Positions 18,419 to 28,202 of a DNA stretch of 64,000 bases are shown here, in pieces. This DNA is from Solirubrobacteraceae bacterium. Its GTDB lineage: Bacteria; Actinomycetota; Thermoleophilia; Solirubrobacterales; Solirubrobacteraceae. The stretch's first letter is position 1. Each line of letters begins with the position of its first letter. The notes under the pieces were generated by a model, which was not told the DNA's origin, did not search any database, and saw only the letters and a program-made list of their open reading frames with translations. Location of the stretch: the NCBI GenBank assembly GCA_030690545.1, contig JAUYGN010000079.1, positions 39,386 through 103,385 of the forward strand, in the 5' to 3' direction. Both the position numbers and the translations under genes were made by a program.

Positions 18419-18489
18419 GCCTCAAGTCCGGACCGCACGTGCGCTTGTGCAAGCGCAGCGGACGACGCCACGACCTATCGTGATGCCCG

Positions 18490-19725
18490 ATGACGGGCTC
18501 GCGAATCGGTCCTCGGCGGGGTGCGCGCTCGTGGCGCGCGGGGCTGGCGTGCGCTGCGGCGGGCCTCTGCATCGCTCCCGCCGTCGCCGCGGCCGACGTC
18601 TTCAACGGGCGGATCGCCTTCAGCAGCGTGCGCTCCGACCCGCAGGCGCGCAGCTTCGACATCTTCAGCATGAACGCCGACGGCAGCGGGGTGCGGCAGC
18701 TGACGACCAACCCGCGGCGCGACCGCCAGCCGGCCTGGTCGCCCGGCGGCCGGCACATCGTCTACTCGATCGACAAGCCCGACTCGGAGATCAACTTCGA
18801 GGTCGCGCGGATGACGGCCGACGGAACCGGGCATCGCCGGCTGACGACGACCGCGGAGCGCCAGGCATCCAGCCAGCCGGCGTGGCTGCCGAACGGGCGC
18901 GGGATCCTCTTTCGCCGCAGCGGGCCGACGAGCCGCACGACGTCGATCTGGCAGATGGGTCCGCTCGGCCAGCGGCCGGCGCTCCGCTTCAGCCCCGCGC
19001 AGCCGGCGCTCTATCCGAGCTGGTCGCCGGACATGCGCCGCGTCCTCTACACGGGCATCATGTCCCCGACGGGCGACACCGACCGGGGGATCTTCACGCT
19101 CGACGCCGACGGAGGCCGGCCGCGGACGCTGTTCGACGTCCCCGGCGCCTTCGACTCGGCCCCGGCGTGGTCGCCCGACGGCAGGCGGATCGCGTTCGAG
19201 AGCACCGCCAACGTCGACGGCGCCAACCCCGAGGGCGACATGGAGATCTGGGTGATGAACGCGGACGGAAGCGCGCCGCGGCAGCTGACGAGCAACGCCG
19301 CCCACGACGAGGGTCCGGCGTGGTCGCCCGACGGCCGGCTGATCGCCTATACGAGTGGTCCGGACGACAGCAACGGCGAGATCCACGTGATGACCGCGGC
19401 GGGCCGTCACGTGCGCCGGCTGACGCATTCCCCCGGCGCCGACGAATCGCCCGACTGGCAGGCGATCCCGGCGCCGCGCAGCGACCGTCGCTGCGGCGAC
19501 GTCACGCTGACCGCGCGCCGCGTGCGCGACGCCCGCAGCGCCGGCAAGGGACTCACCTGCCTGCAGACGCGCGGGCTCGCGCGGGCATGGGCGACCGGTG
19601 GGCGCCCGCGCAGCGTCCGCGGCTACACCGCGACCGTGGCGAACTTCGGCGGGCTCGAGCGGGTGCAGCTGCGCCGCCGCGACGGCGACGGGCGCCGACT
19701 CGTCGTCTTTCTGCATCGGCGCTAG
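18490..19725 (+). CDS. Secreted TolB-like beta-propeller protein (PD40/WD40-like repeats)
   Basis: A signal peptide is followed by repeated PD40 units: P.WSPDG..I.F/Y occurs four or more times, with D.DIF.MNADGSG.RQLT-type strands. Confidence 0.8.
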   Translation: MTGSRIGPRRGARSWRAGLACAAAGLCIAPAVAAADVFNGRIAFSSVRSDPQARSFDIFSMNADGSGVRQLTTNPRRDRQPAWSPGGRHIVYSIDKPDSEINFEVARMTADGTGHRRLTTTAERQASSQPAWLPNGRGILFRRSGPTSRTTSIWQMGPLGQRPALRFSPAQPALYPSWSPDMRRVLYTGIMSPTGDTDRGIFTLDADGGRPRTLFDVPGAFDSAPAWSPDGRRIAFESTANVDGANPEGDMEIWVMNADGSAPRQLTSNAAHDEGPAWSPDGRLIAYTSGPDDSNGEIHVMTAAGRHVRRLTHSPGADESPDWQAIPAPRSDRRCGDVTLTARRVRDARSAGKGLTCLQTRGLARAWATGGRPRSVRGYTATVANFGGLERVQLRRRDGDGRRLVVFLHRR

Positions 19726-19782
19726 CGTCGCGAGGCTCGAGCTCGCATGCATCCGAGCTTCTGACTCGCGACACCGCAACCA

Positions 19783-20564
19783 CTACGCGTCGCGCGTCTG
19801 CAGCGCGGCCAAGGCTCCGCCGAGGAAGACGGTCAGCCAGCCCGCCAGGACGACGAGCGCGAGCGCGGGCGCCATCGTCGCCGTCGCGCCCTCCAGGTGA
19901 CCGGACGTGATCGCCTCGGCCGCCGCGCCCGGCAGGTAGTCCAGGACGTTGTCCTGCCACCACGCCGGCAACAGCGTGCCGAAGATCCCCGGCAGGAAGA
20001 TCAGCCCGAGGACGGACGTCACCGCGCCGGCGGTGCTGCGCAGCGCGAATCCGAGCGCGAGCGCGATCAGCGCCAGCACCGGCGCCAGCAGGCCGTCGGC
20101 GACCACGATCCGCAGCGCGTCGCCATCGGTCAGGCTCGCGGTCTGGAGACCGTAGGAGCCGAAGATCGCCTGCGCCACGAGGAACATCGTCGCGTTCGCG
20201 AGGAGCCCGGCGGCGAGCGTGATCGCTGCGACGACCGCCGCCTTGGCCGCCAGCACCCGGCCGCGCCGCGGCGTCGCCGTCAACGTCAGCCGGATCATGC
20301 CCGAGGTGTACTCCGACGTCGCAGCCGTCGCGCCGAGGACGACGAAGACGATCGCGCTGAAGATGCCTCCGAAGAGCGCGTCCCGGGCCGGATCGAACGC
20401 CGCTCGGTCGGCGGCGCTCGCGTCATTCCAGGTGGCGCCGATGACGATCGCGATCAGGGCGCTCATGCCAACCGCCAGCACGAGCGCGAGAGCGACCTTG
20501 ATCCAGGTGCCGCGCAGCGAGGCGAGCTTCGTCCACTCCGAGCGCAGCGTGACGGGGAACGCGG

Positions 20565-20568
<4 letters not shown>
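19783..20568 (-). CDS. ABC-2 type exporter permease
   Basis: Begins LRSEWTKLASLRGTWI, followed by six TM segments. Its start overlaps the stop of the ATPase gene. Confidence 0.8.
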
Positions 20569-21472
<904 letters not shown>

Positions 21473-21476
<4 letters not shown>

Positions 21477-21751
21477 GACGCGCTCCCGTCGTCGTCCCTG
21501 CTGCGCCGGCCGAGCTCGCCGAGCGCGACGAGCGCGACGATGACGAGCAGCAGGCCGGGGCCGGGCAGGTCGCCGATGAAGCGCAGCCAGCCCGGCATGT
21601 CGGGCAGCGACATCCAGCTGAAGTCGATGCTGCCGGCGATCGCGCCGAGCGGATCGAGGACGATCACGACGGCGATCGCGGCGACGACGAGGATCGGCGC
21701 GAGGAGCTTCGCGAGGTGGTTGGGCATGTCGTTGACGGCGTTGTCGCTCAT
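21473..21751 (-). CDS. Small two-TM membrane protein, first gene of the ABC operon
   Basis: 92 aa with two hydrophobic helices. Its stop overlaps the ATPase start. Confidence 0.6.
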
Positions 21752-21816
21752 GGTGAGATCATCGACGTGCCGGCCGCCGAGCGCATCGGGCGCGAGGATG
21801 GTCTTGCGCTCCGTCT

Positions 21817-22479
21817 TCAGGCGGAGCGCGGCTTCGTCAGGCCGACGTCGTAGGCGAGCACGACGGCCTGGACGCGATCGCGCAGGCCGAGCTTGCGCAG
21901 CACCGAGGAGACGTGCGTCTTGACCGTCGCCTCGGTGAGCACGAGCCGCTGCGCGATCTCCGCGTTCGTCAGCGCGAGCGCGACGAGTCGCAGCACCTCG
22001 ACCTCGCGCTCGGTCAGCTCGTCGAGGTCGGGCGGCGGCGGCGCGTCGGCGCCCGGCAGCGCGTCGGCGAAGCGGTCGATCAGCCGCCGCGTGACCGACG
22101 GCGCGAGCAGCGCGTCGCCGCGGGCGACGACGTGGATCGCGTCGACGAGCTCGGCTGGGCGGACGTCCTTGAGCATGAACCCGCTCGCCCCGGCGCGCAG
22201 CGCCGCGTAGACGTAGTCGTCGATGTCGTACGTCGTCAGCACGATGACGCGCGCCGCGCTGCCGGCGGCGACGATCCGGCGCGTCGCCTCGAGGCCGTCG
22301 ACCTCGGGCATGCGCACGTCCATCAGGACGACGTCGGGGTCCAGCTGCGCGACGAGCGCCACCGCCTCGCCGCCGTCTCCTGCCTCGCCGACGACCTCGA
22401 CGTCGGGCTTCGCGTCGAGGATCATCCGAAAGCCGCCGCGCACGAGCTCCTGGTCATCGGCGATCACGACGCGGATCAT
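21817..22479 (-). CDS. Response regulator, NarL/LuxR family
   Basis: Receiver domain MIRVVIADDQELVR...DVVLMDVRMPEVDG and a C-terminal LuxR HTH LTEREVEVLRLVALALTNAEIAQRL.LTEATVKTHVSSVLRKLG. The start at 22479 overlaps the kinase stop. Confidence 0.9.
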   Translation of the reverse strand: MIRVVIADDQELVRGGFRMILDAKPDVEVVGEAGDGGEAVALVAQLDPDVVLMDVRMPEVDGLEATRRIVAAGSAARVIVLTTYDIDDYVYAALRAGASGFMLKDVRPAELVDAIHVVARGDALLAPSVTRRLIDRFADALPGADAPPPPDLDELTEREVEVLRLVALALTNAEIAQRLVLTEATVKTHVSSVLRKLGLRDRVQAVVLAYDVGLTKPRSA

Positions 22480-23630
22480 CGCCGCGCTCCGGATTCGTCG
22501 AGCGGGAGGCGGGCACGGACGCGAAAGCCGCCGCCGGGCGTCGAGCGGGCCTCGAACGTGCCGCCCAGCATCGTCGCGCGCTCGCGCATCCCCGTGATCC
22601 CGCGGCCGCTGTCGTTCGCCTGCCCGGCGGGCGCGCCACGGCCGTCGTCGCGGATCTCGAGCTCGAGCACGCCGTCCGCGGCGCGCACCGACACGTCGAC
22701 GCGCCGCGCGGAGGCGTGGCGCAGCGTGTTCGTCAGCGCCTCCTGGAGGATCCGGTAGGCGCACAGGTCGACGCCCACCGGGAGCGTCGGCGCGGCGGTG
22801 CGATCGTCGCGTACGACGACGTCGAGCCCGGCGGCGCGCAGCGAGCCGGCAAGCTCGTCGAGCCGGTCGAGGCCGGGGTGCGGGCGCAGGGGATCGCCAT
22901 CGTCGCCGTCGGAGCCCACGGCGACGAGCAGCCGGCGCAGCTCGACGAGCGCCTCGCGCCCGGCGCCCTCGATCGAGCGCAGCGCGCGGCGAGCTTGGTC
23001 GGGGTGCTCGTCGAAGACGTCGTCGGCGGCAGCCGCCTGGACGACGATGACCGAGACGCTGTGGGCGATGACGTCGTGCAGCTCGCGCGCGATCCGCGCC
23101 TGCTCCTCGCCGACCGCGCGGCGCGACGCCTCGCCGATCGCCGCGCGGCGGCTGCGCGCGGCCTCCCCGAGCGCCCAGGCGACGACCGGGAAGATCATCA
23201 CGAACGTCGCATCGTCCTGCGCGGCGGTGAGGTAGTTCAGCGCCGTCAGCGCGGCGAGCGCGGCGAGCGCGAGCAGCGAGACGCGCGGCGGCCGGGCGGC
23301 GGCGAGCGCGAAGATCGCGACGAGCCCGGCGAACGGGAACATGCCGTCGGGCGCGAGCGCCCAGATGACGAGGCCGCCGGCGAGCGCGATCGCCATGACG
23401 ACCTGCGGATGCGAGCGACGCCACCAGAGCGCTGCGCCCTGGATCGCGCCGGCGAGCATCCCGAGCAGCGTCTCGATGGCGGACAGGCCGGTCGCGTCCT
23501 CGACGAGTGCCATGAGGAACAGGGCGACGACGAGCGGGACCGCGATGTCGGCCGCCTGCCTGAGCCGCCTGCGCTCGATGTTGCGCACGCGCGCAGTGTC
23601 GCCGATCGCCGCCCGGCGTACGATCCGCAC
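22476..23630 (-). CDS. Sensor histidine kinase (HisKA_3 / NarX-DesK type)
   Basis: N-terminal TM helices, H-box ARELHDVIAHSVSVIVVQA, and ATPase motifs N (EALTNTLRHA) and G (RDDGRG, GRGITGMRER). The start is uncertain. Confidence 0.85.
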   Translation of the reverse strand: MRIVRRAAIGDTARVRNIERRRLRQAADIAVPLVVALFLMALVEDATGLSAIETLLGMLAGAIQGAALWWRRSHPQVVMAIALAGGLVIWALAPDGMFPFAGLVAIFALAAARPPRVSLLALAALAALTALNYLTAAQDDATFVMIFPVVAWALGEAARSRRAAIGEASRRAVGEEQARIARELHDVIAHSVSVIVVQAAAADDVFDEHPDQARRALRSIEGAGREALVELRRLLVAVGSDGDDGDPLRPHPGLDRLDELAGSLRAAGLDVVVRDDRTAAPTLPVGVDLCAYRILQEALTNTLRHASARRVDVSVRAADGVLELEIRDDGRGAPAGQANDSGRGITGMRERATMLGGTFEARSTPGGGFRVRARLPLDESGARR

Positions 23631-23632
23631 CG

Positions 23633-24751
23633 GTGAGCGCCGACGTCCTCAGCCCACGCGCGCTGAACCGGGCGACGCTCGCTCGCCAGCTGCTGCTCGA
23701 GCGGTCCGATGGGAGCGTGCTCGCGACGGTCGAGCAGCTCGTCGGCATGCAGGCGCAGATCCCGCACGACCCGTACCTCGGGCTCTGGTCGCGCCTGGAC
23801 GGGTTCGCGCCCGAGGAGCTCTCGCGCCTGTTGCTCGACCGCGCGGTCGTGCGGATCGTCGTCATGCGCGCGACGATCCACCTCGTCAGCGTCGACGACT
23901 GCCTGACGCTGCGCCCGCTCATGCAGCCCGTGCTCGACGCCGAGCTGCGCCGCCACCCGCAGTACGGGCCGCCGCTGCGCGGCGTCGACATGGAGCCCGT
24001 GCTCGCGTCCGCGCGCACCTTGCTCGCGCAGGCGCCGCGGACGGGCACGCAGCTGCGCGCCGCGCTCGCCGAGCGCTTCCCGCAGCACGACGCGGCCGCG
24101 CTCGCCTACGCCTGTCGCAACCTGCTGGCCTTCGTCCAGGTCCCGCCGCGCGGCGTCTGGGGCAAGACGCTGCAGGTCACGTCGACGACGGCGGAGGCCT
24201 GGCTCGGCCGGCCGCTGGATCCCGCGCCGTCGATCGACGACGTCGTGCTGCGCTACCTCGGCGCGTTCGGCCCGGCGACGGTGGCGGACATCGCGAGCTG
24301 GTCGCGACTGACCGGAATGCGCGCGGTCGTCGACCGCCTGCGCCCGCGGCTGCGGACGTTCGCCGACGAGCGCGGCCGCGAGCTGCTCGACCTGCCCGAC
24401 GCGCCGCGACCGGACGCCGACGTGCCGGCGCCGCCGCGCTTCCTGCCCGAGTACGACAACGTCCTGCTCTCGCACGCCGACCGTGCGCGCTTCTTCTCGC
24501 CCGAGCAGCGCGGCCGGCTCGGATCGGGCGGGCACGCGATCCGCGGCACGCTGCTCGTCGACGGCGTCGGCCGTGCGACGTGGCGGATCGAGCGTTCCGG
24601 GCGTGACGCCGCGACGCTGCTCGTCGACCACGTCGATGCGTTTGCTGCTGACGAAGCCGAAGCGATCGTCGGCGAGGGCGCGCGCATGCTGCGGCTCCTC
24701 GAACCGCGCCGGTCGTCGTTTGACGTGCGTCTCGCGCCGGTCGACCGCTGA
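23633..24751 (+). CDS. Winged-helix DNA-binding protein of the YcaQ/AlkZ (DUF1006) family, putative crosslink-repair DNA glycosylase
   Basis: LNRATLARQLLLER....TVEQLVGMQAQ.P...YLGLWSRL.GF and the overall size fit the YcaQ/AlkZ family. GTG start. Confidence 0.7.
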   Translation: MSADVLSPRALNRATLARQLLLERSDGSVLATVEQLVGMQAQIPHDPYLGLWSRLDGFAPEELSRLLLDRAVVRIVVMRATIHLVSVDDCLTLRPLMQPVLDAELRRHPQYGPPLRGVDMEPVLASARTLLAQAPRTGTQLRAALAERFPQHDAAALAYACRNLLAFVQVPPRGVWGKTLQVTSTTAEAWLGRPLDPAPSIDDVVLRYLGAFGPATVADIASWSRLTGMRAVVDRLRPRLRTFADERGRELLDLPDAPRPDADVPAPPRFLPEYDNVLLSHADRARFFSPEQRGRLGSGGHAIRGTLLVDGVGRATWRIERSGRDAATLLVDHVDAFAADEAEAIVGEGARMLRLLEPRRSSFDVRLAPVDR

Positions 24752-24858
24752 GCTGCCGCCTGGCTGCGACCCGGGCGCGGCCGCCGGCTTGAGCGCATCG
24801 TCACGGAGGATCGATCGGTGACGACCTCACGGGCTGCTGCCGGCGGACCGGCGCCGGG

Positions 24859-25647
24859 TCAGCGGCGCGCCGCCAGCTCGATCGCCTCCGCGACGCCCTC
24901 GGCGATGCGCCGCGGCCGCGGACCGATCCCGACCACCTTCGAGAGATCGCCGCGCGGATCGACCTCGAGCACCTTGGCCCCGGCGTCGACGGGCACCCCG
25001 TCATGGACGAGCCCGCGCAGGATGCCGTCCAGTGGCGCCAGCAGCGGCTCGTCGCCGATCGTCGCGACCGTCTCCCCCGCCGCGACGCGCTGCGCGATCA
25101 CGGCGCGCGTCCGCATGACGCCCGCCGCCGGCGCGTAGACGAAGCGATCGCGCGCGTGTCCCTCGAAGCTGCGCGGCTCGCCGCCGAGCGGCTTCGTCGG
25201 ACCGTCCGTCACGACCGTGCCGAGCTCGTCGCCCCATTGCGTCTCGATCGCGAGGTCGGTGGTCGCGCCGGCGACGAAGTTCGGCCCCAGGCCGATCGTC
25301 AGCGGCGCGAGGCCACGCTGCTCGCCGGGCTGCGCGCGCTTGCGCATGCGCGCGTCGACGAGGACGTCGGGCCGCAGCGCGGCGACCACGTCGCCGAGCT
25401 CCTCGGTCGTGACGAGCACCTCGTCACGATGCGGCCGGCGCAGCTCGGCGAGCGCGCCGACGCGCCGCGCGCGGACGCCGGCCAGCTCGCAGGCACCGTC
25501 GAAGACCGCGTCGGCGAAGGCCATCCCGCGGCGCGGCGCGGCGGGCAGCGCGACATCGTTGATGACGACCTCGTGTCCGTCGCCCAGCAGCAGGTGGGCA
25601 ACGGCCGAGCCGATGTCGCCGCAGCCCCGGACGAGGACGCGAGCCAC
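24859..25647 (-). CDS. YqeB-family / XdhC-like molybdenum hydroxylase accessory protein (tentative)
   Basis: VLVRGCGDIGSAVAHLL...V.....P...RRGMAFADAVFDG.....GV.A matches my recollection of the about 260-aa YqeB family. It is adjacent to moeA. Confidence 0.5.
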   Translation of the reverse strand: MARVLVRGCGDIGSAVAHLLLGDGHEVVINDVALPAAPRRGMAFADAVFDGACELAGVRARRVGALAELRRPHRDEVLVTTEELGDVVAALRPDVLVDARMRKRAQPGEQRGLAPLTIGLGPNFVAGATTDLAIETQWGDELGTVVTDGPTKPLGGEPRSFEGHARDRFVYAPAAGVMRTRAVIAQRVAAGETVATIGDEPLLAPLDGILRGLVHDGVPVDAGAKVLEVDPRGDLSKVVGIGPRPRRIAEGVAEAIELAARR

Positions 25648-25686
25648 GGCGCTGCCGTCAGAGGGGCGACATTCGTGGACGGCTCA

Positions 25687-26949
25687 CTACCCGACGAACT
25701 CGATGTCGACCGGCTCTCCCGCGCGCAGGACCTCGCAGTCCTCGGGAACGAGCGCGATCACCGGCACGCCGAGCATCGAGGTGAGGATGTGCGAGCGCTG
25801 ATCGCCGTTGGGGGTCACGTGCCAGCCGTCGTCGTGCATCTCCGCGTGGCAGCGGATGACCGAGGTGCGGCCGATCGTGCCGGGCAGATCGGTCTCCGCG
25901 AAGCCGCGCGCCGTGTGCAGCGTCAGGCTGCGGCCGAGCATCCCGTAGATCGCCGGCACGACGAGCACGCGAAAGGCCGTCAGCGCTGACGCCGGGTTGC
26001 CGGGCAGCGCGAAGGCGAGCGTGCCGTCGGGCGCGACGTAGAAGCAGACCTGCCCGCCGGGCTTGAGGCTGACGCGGCAGAAGACCTGCTCGGCGCCGAG
26101 CTGCTCGAGTGCGGGCCGGACGTGATCGTGCGGGCCGACCGACACGCCGCCGACCGTCGCGACGATGTCCGCGCCGTCGATCGCGCCCTCGAGCGTCGCG
26201 ACCGTCGCGCCGCGGTCGTCGCCGACGCGTACGTTCGTGACGGTCTGCGCCCCGGCCGCGCGGACGGCGGCCGTCAGCGCGGGCGCGTTGGCGTCGCGGA
26301 TCTGGCCCGGCTGCAGCACGGGTCCCGGGGAGACGAGCTCGTCGCCCGTGCTGACGAGCGCGATCCGCGGCTGGCGCACGACGACGGGCCGCGCGATGTT
26401 CACCGCGGCGAGCGCGCCGATCTCGGCCGAGCCGAGCAGCGTGCCAGCGTGCAGGATGATCTCGCCCGCGCGGATGTCCTCGCCCGCGTAGCGCACGTCG
26501 TTGCCGGCCGTGACCTCCTCGTTGACGATCACCGCGCCGTCCTCGATCTCAGTCAGCTCCTGGCGCACGACTGCGTCGGCGCCGCGGGGCACGACGGCGC
26601 CGGTCGACACCCGGATCGCCGTCCCGTGCTCGACGGGCACCTGCGCGAGCATGCCCGCGCGCGACTCGCCGACGATCTTCAGGGCGACGGGAGCGTCGTC
26701 GGTGTCGGTCGCGATGACCGCGAAGCCGTCCATGCCCGACGAGTCGAACGGCGGCAGGTCGCTCGGCACGATCGCGTCCTGCGCGAGCACGCGGCCGAGC
26801 GCGTCGTCGAGCGCGATCTCCTCGCCGGGCAGGCGCACGAGCCGCTCGCCCACGAGCCGCCTGGCCTCCTCGATCGAGATTCGCTTCGGTTCGACGGCGC
26901 TCACCGCGCGCACGCTATCGAAGCGCGATGCCTGCGATCGCGCCAGCAA
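25687..26949 (-). CDS. moeA: Molybdopterin molybdenumtransferase
   Basis: ISIEEAR...ALGRVLAQD...DLPPFD.SGMDGFAV, TGDEL, GGVSVG and other MoeA motifs. The start may be one of the GTG codons at 26904-26913. Confidence 0.85.
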   Translation of the reverse strand: MLARSQASRFDSVRAVSAVEPKRISIEEARRLVGERLVRLPGEEIALDDALGRVLAQDAIVPSDLPPFDSSGMDGFAVIATDTDDAPVALKIVGESRAGMLAQVPVEHGTAIRVSTGAVVPRGADAVVRQELTEIEDGAVIVNEEVTAGNDVRYAGEDIRAGEIILHAGTLLGSAEIGALAAVNIARPVVVRQPRIALVSTGDELVSPGPVLQPGQIRDANAPALTAAVRAAGAQTVTNVRVGDDRGATVATLEGAIDGADIVATVGGVSVGPHDHVRPALEQLGAEQVFCRVSLKPGGQVCFYVAPDGTLAFALPGNPASALTAFRVLVVPAIYGMLGRSLTLHTARGFAETDLPGTIGRTSVIRCHAEMHDDGWHVTPNGDQRSHILTSMLGVPVIALVPEDCEVLRAGEPVDIEFVG

Positions 26950-26990
26950 CGCGGAGCATCGCTCGGCGATACGTACACTCGGATCCGACC

Positions 26991-27305
26991 ATGATCGTCT
27001 ACCACGGGACCACCGTCGACTGTCGCGAAGGGATCATCGCCGAGGGCCTGCGACCGGGCTCGTACGTCGCCCCGAACATCGCGCTGTCGCGCGACTACGC
27101 CTACGACCGAGCGATCACGCTCGGCGCCGATGCCTGCGTCGTGTTCGAGCTCGACGTGCCGGACGCGATGATCGCCAAGGTCGAGGCCTGGTGGTGGACC
27201 GGCGAGCAGCTGCTGCTGCCGCTCGGCTGCCCGCCGTCGTGCATCGTCTCGATCGACGACTCCGACCCGCGGCCCTACCAGGCCGTCGAGAGCGACCCGT
27301 CGTGA
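26991..27305 (+). CDS. Small hypothetical protein with an H-Y-E ADP-ribosyltransferase/Tpt1-like motif pattern
   Basis: MIVYHGTT....GIIAEGLRPGSYVAPN.ALSRDYA.......ACVVFELDVP. The HGT, SYVA and FELD elements are arranged like ART-fold NAD-binding strands. At 104 aa it is short. Confidence 0.5.
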   Translation: MIVYHGTTVDCREGIIAEGLRPGSYVAPNIALSRDYAYDRAITLGADACVVFELDVPDAMIAKVEAWWWTGEQLLLPLGCPPSCIVSIDDSDPRPYQAVESDPS

Positions 27306-27309
27306 GCCG

Positions 27310-27705
27310 CTAGGCGGCGCGCAGCGCGAAGCGCCGGTCGGCATGCTCGCGCGCGACGAGCACGACCTGGAGGTCGTCGTCGGCGATGCGGATGAAGTGC
27401 GACGCGTTGAGCGCGCGCTGGAGCTCGCGTCGCAGGAGCTCGCTCGTCTGCTGGTCGGTCAGCTCGGGCATCGACTCGTCGAGCTCGAGCAGCACCGTGT
27501 AGCGCGCGATGCGCTCCTGTAGCCGCTCGCGCGCCTGCACGTCGACGACGATGTCGCCGTCGCTGAGGGCGCTGAGGTACGACGCGTTGAGGGCGAGCGC
27601 GAACTCGCTGCGCAGCAGCGCGTTCGCACGGGCCTCCCCGAGCGCGGCGTCGCGCTCCGGGATGTCGAGGTACAGCGTGTAGCGCGTGGTGGTCTGGGGG
27701 TGCAT
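27310..27705 (-). CDS. Hypothetical protein built from two tandem repeats of about 58 aa
   Basis: RYTLYLDIPE...ALLRSEFALALNASYLSALSDGDIVVDVQARE is repeated as RYTVLLELDE...ELLRRELQRALNASHFIRIADDDLQVVLVAREH. Confidence 0.6.
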   Translation of the reverse strand: MHPQTTTRYTLYLDIPERDAALGEARANALLRSEFALALNASYLSALSDGDIVVDVQARERLQERIARYTVLLELDESMPELTDQQTSELLRRELQRALNASHFIRIADDDLQVVLVAREHADRRFALRAA

Positions 27706-27932
27706 CGTGGCCTTCGGTTCGGGGAAGCTTGCGTCACTCGGCGCGTGCGGACGGTCTCACGGGCCTATGACAACGCCCGCGACGACCGTGAGTTGCGCGG
27801 GCGATCCTTCGGCTCGCGGATGGACAATGCACATCCGCCCAGCGCCCGCCCGCGCGGACGCTCCGCCGCTCACTATAGAAGCCCGCGCGGCGGCTGCTTG
27901 ACAGGACGGCGCCCGAGGGGCACGATCATCCG

Positions 27933-28172
27933 GTGCCGATCTACGACTACTCCTGCAGCACCTGCGACGTGCGCTTCGAAGAGCTCGTTCGCTCCGATGC
28001 TCCGTCACCACCGTGCCCGACCTGCGGCGCGGAGCAGACCGAGCGTCTCCTGTCGACCTTCCTGACGCCGAACATGGCCTCGGGCCAGCGACACTTCCAG
28101 CGCGATGTCGGTGCCGCGATGGCCTCGATGGGCTGCTGCGGCGGGGGCGGCTGCGGTACCCACGCCGGGTAG
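27933..28172 (+). CDS. FmdB-family zinc-ribbon protein with a Cys/Gly-rich tail
   Basis: MPIYDYSCSTCDVRFEELV....PCPTCG is the CxxC-CxxC FmdB signature. The tail reads MGCCGGGGCGTHAG. Confidence 0.8.
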   Translation: MPIYDYSCSTCDVRFEELVRSDAPSPPCPTCGAEQTERLLSTFLTPNMASGQRHFQRDVGAAMASMGCCGGGGCGTHAG

Positions 28173-28202
28173 CGCCCCGACCGCTCCGACAGGAGCATCC
28201 CG

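Noticed and set aside
22480-24048. Upstream extension of the response-regulator ORF (743-aa track ORF)
   Set aside because: Only the last 220 residues form a receiver plus LuxR HTH. The extension overlaps the histidine kinase gene in another frame, and its start is coupled by ATGA.
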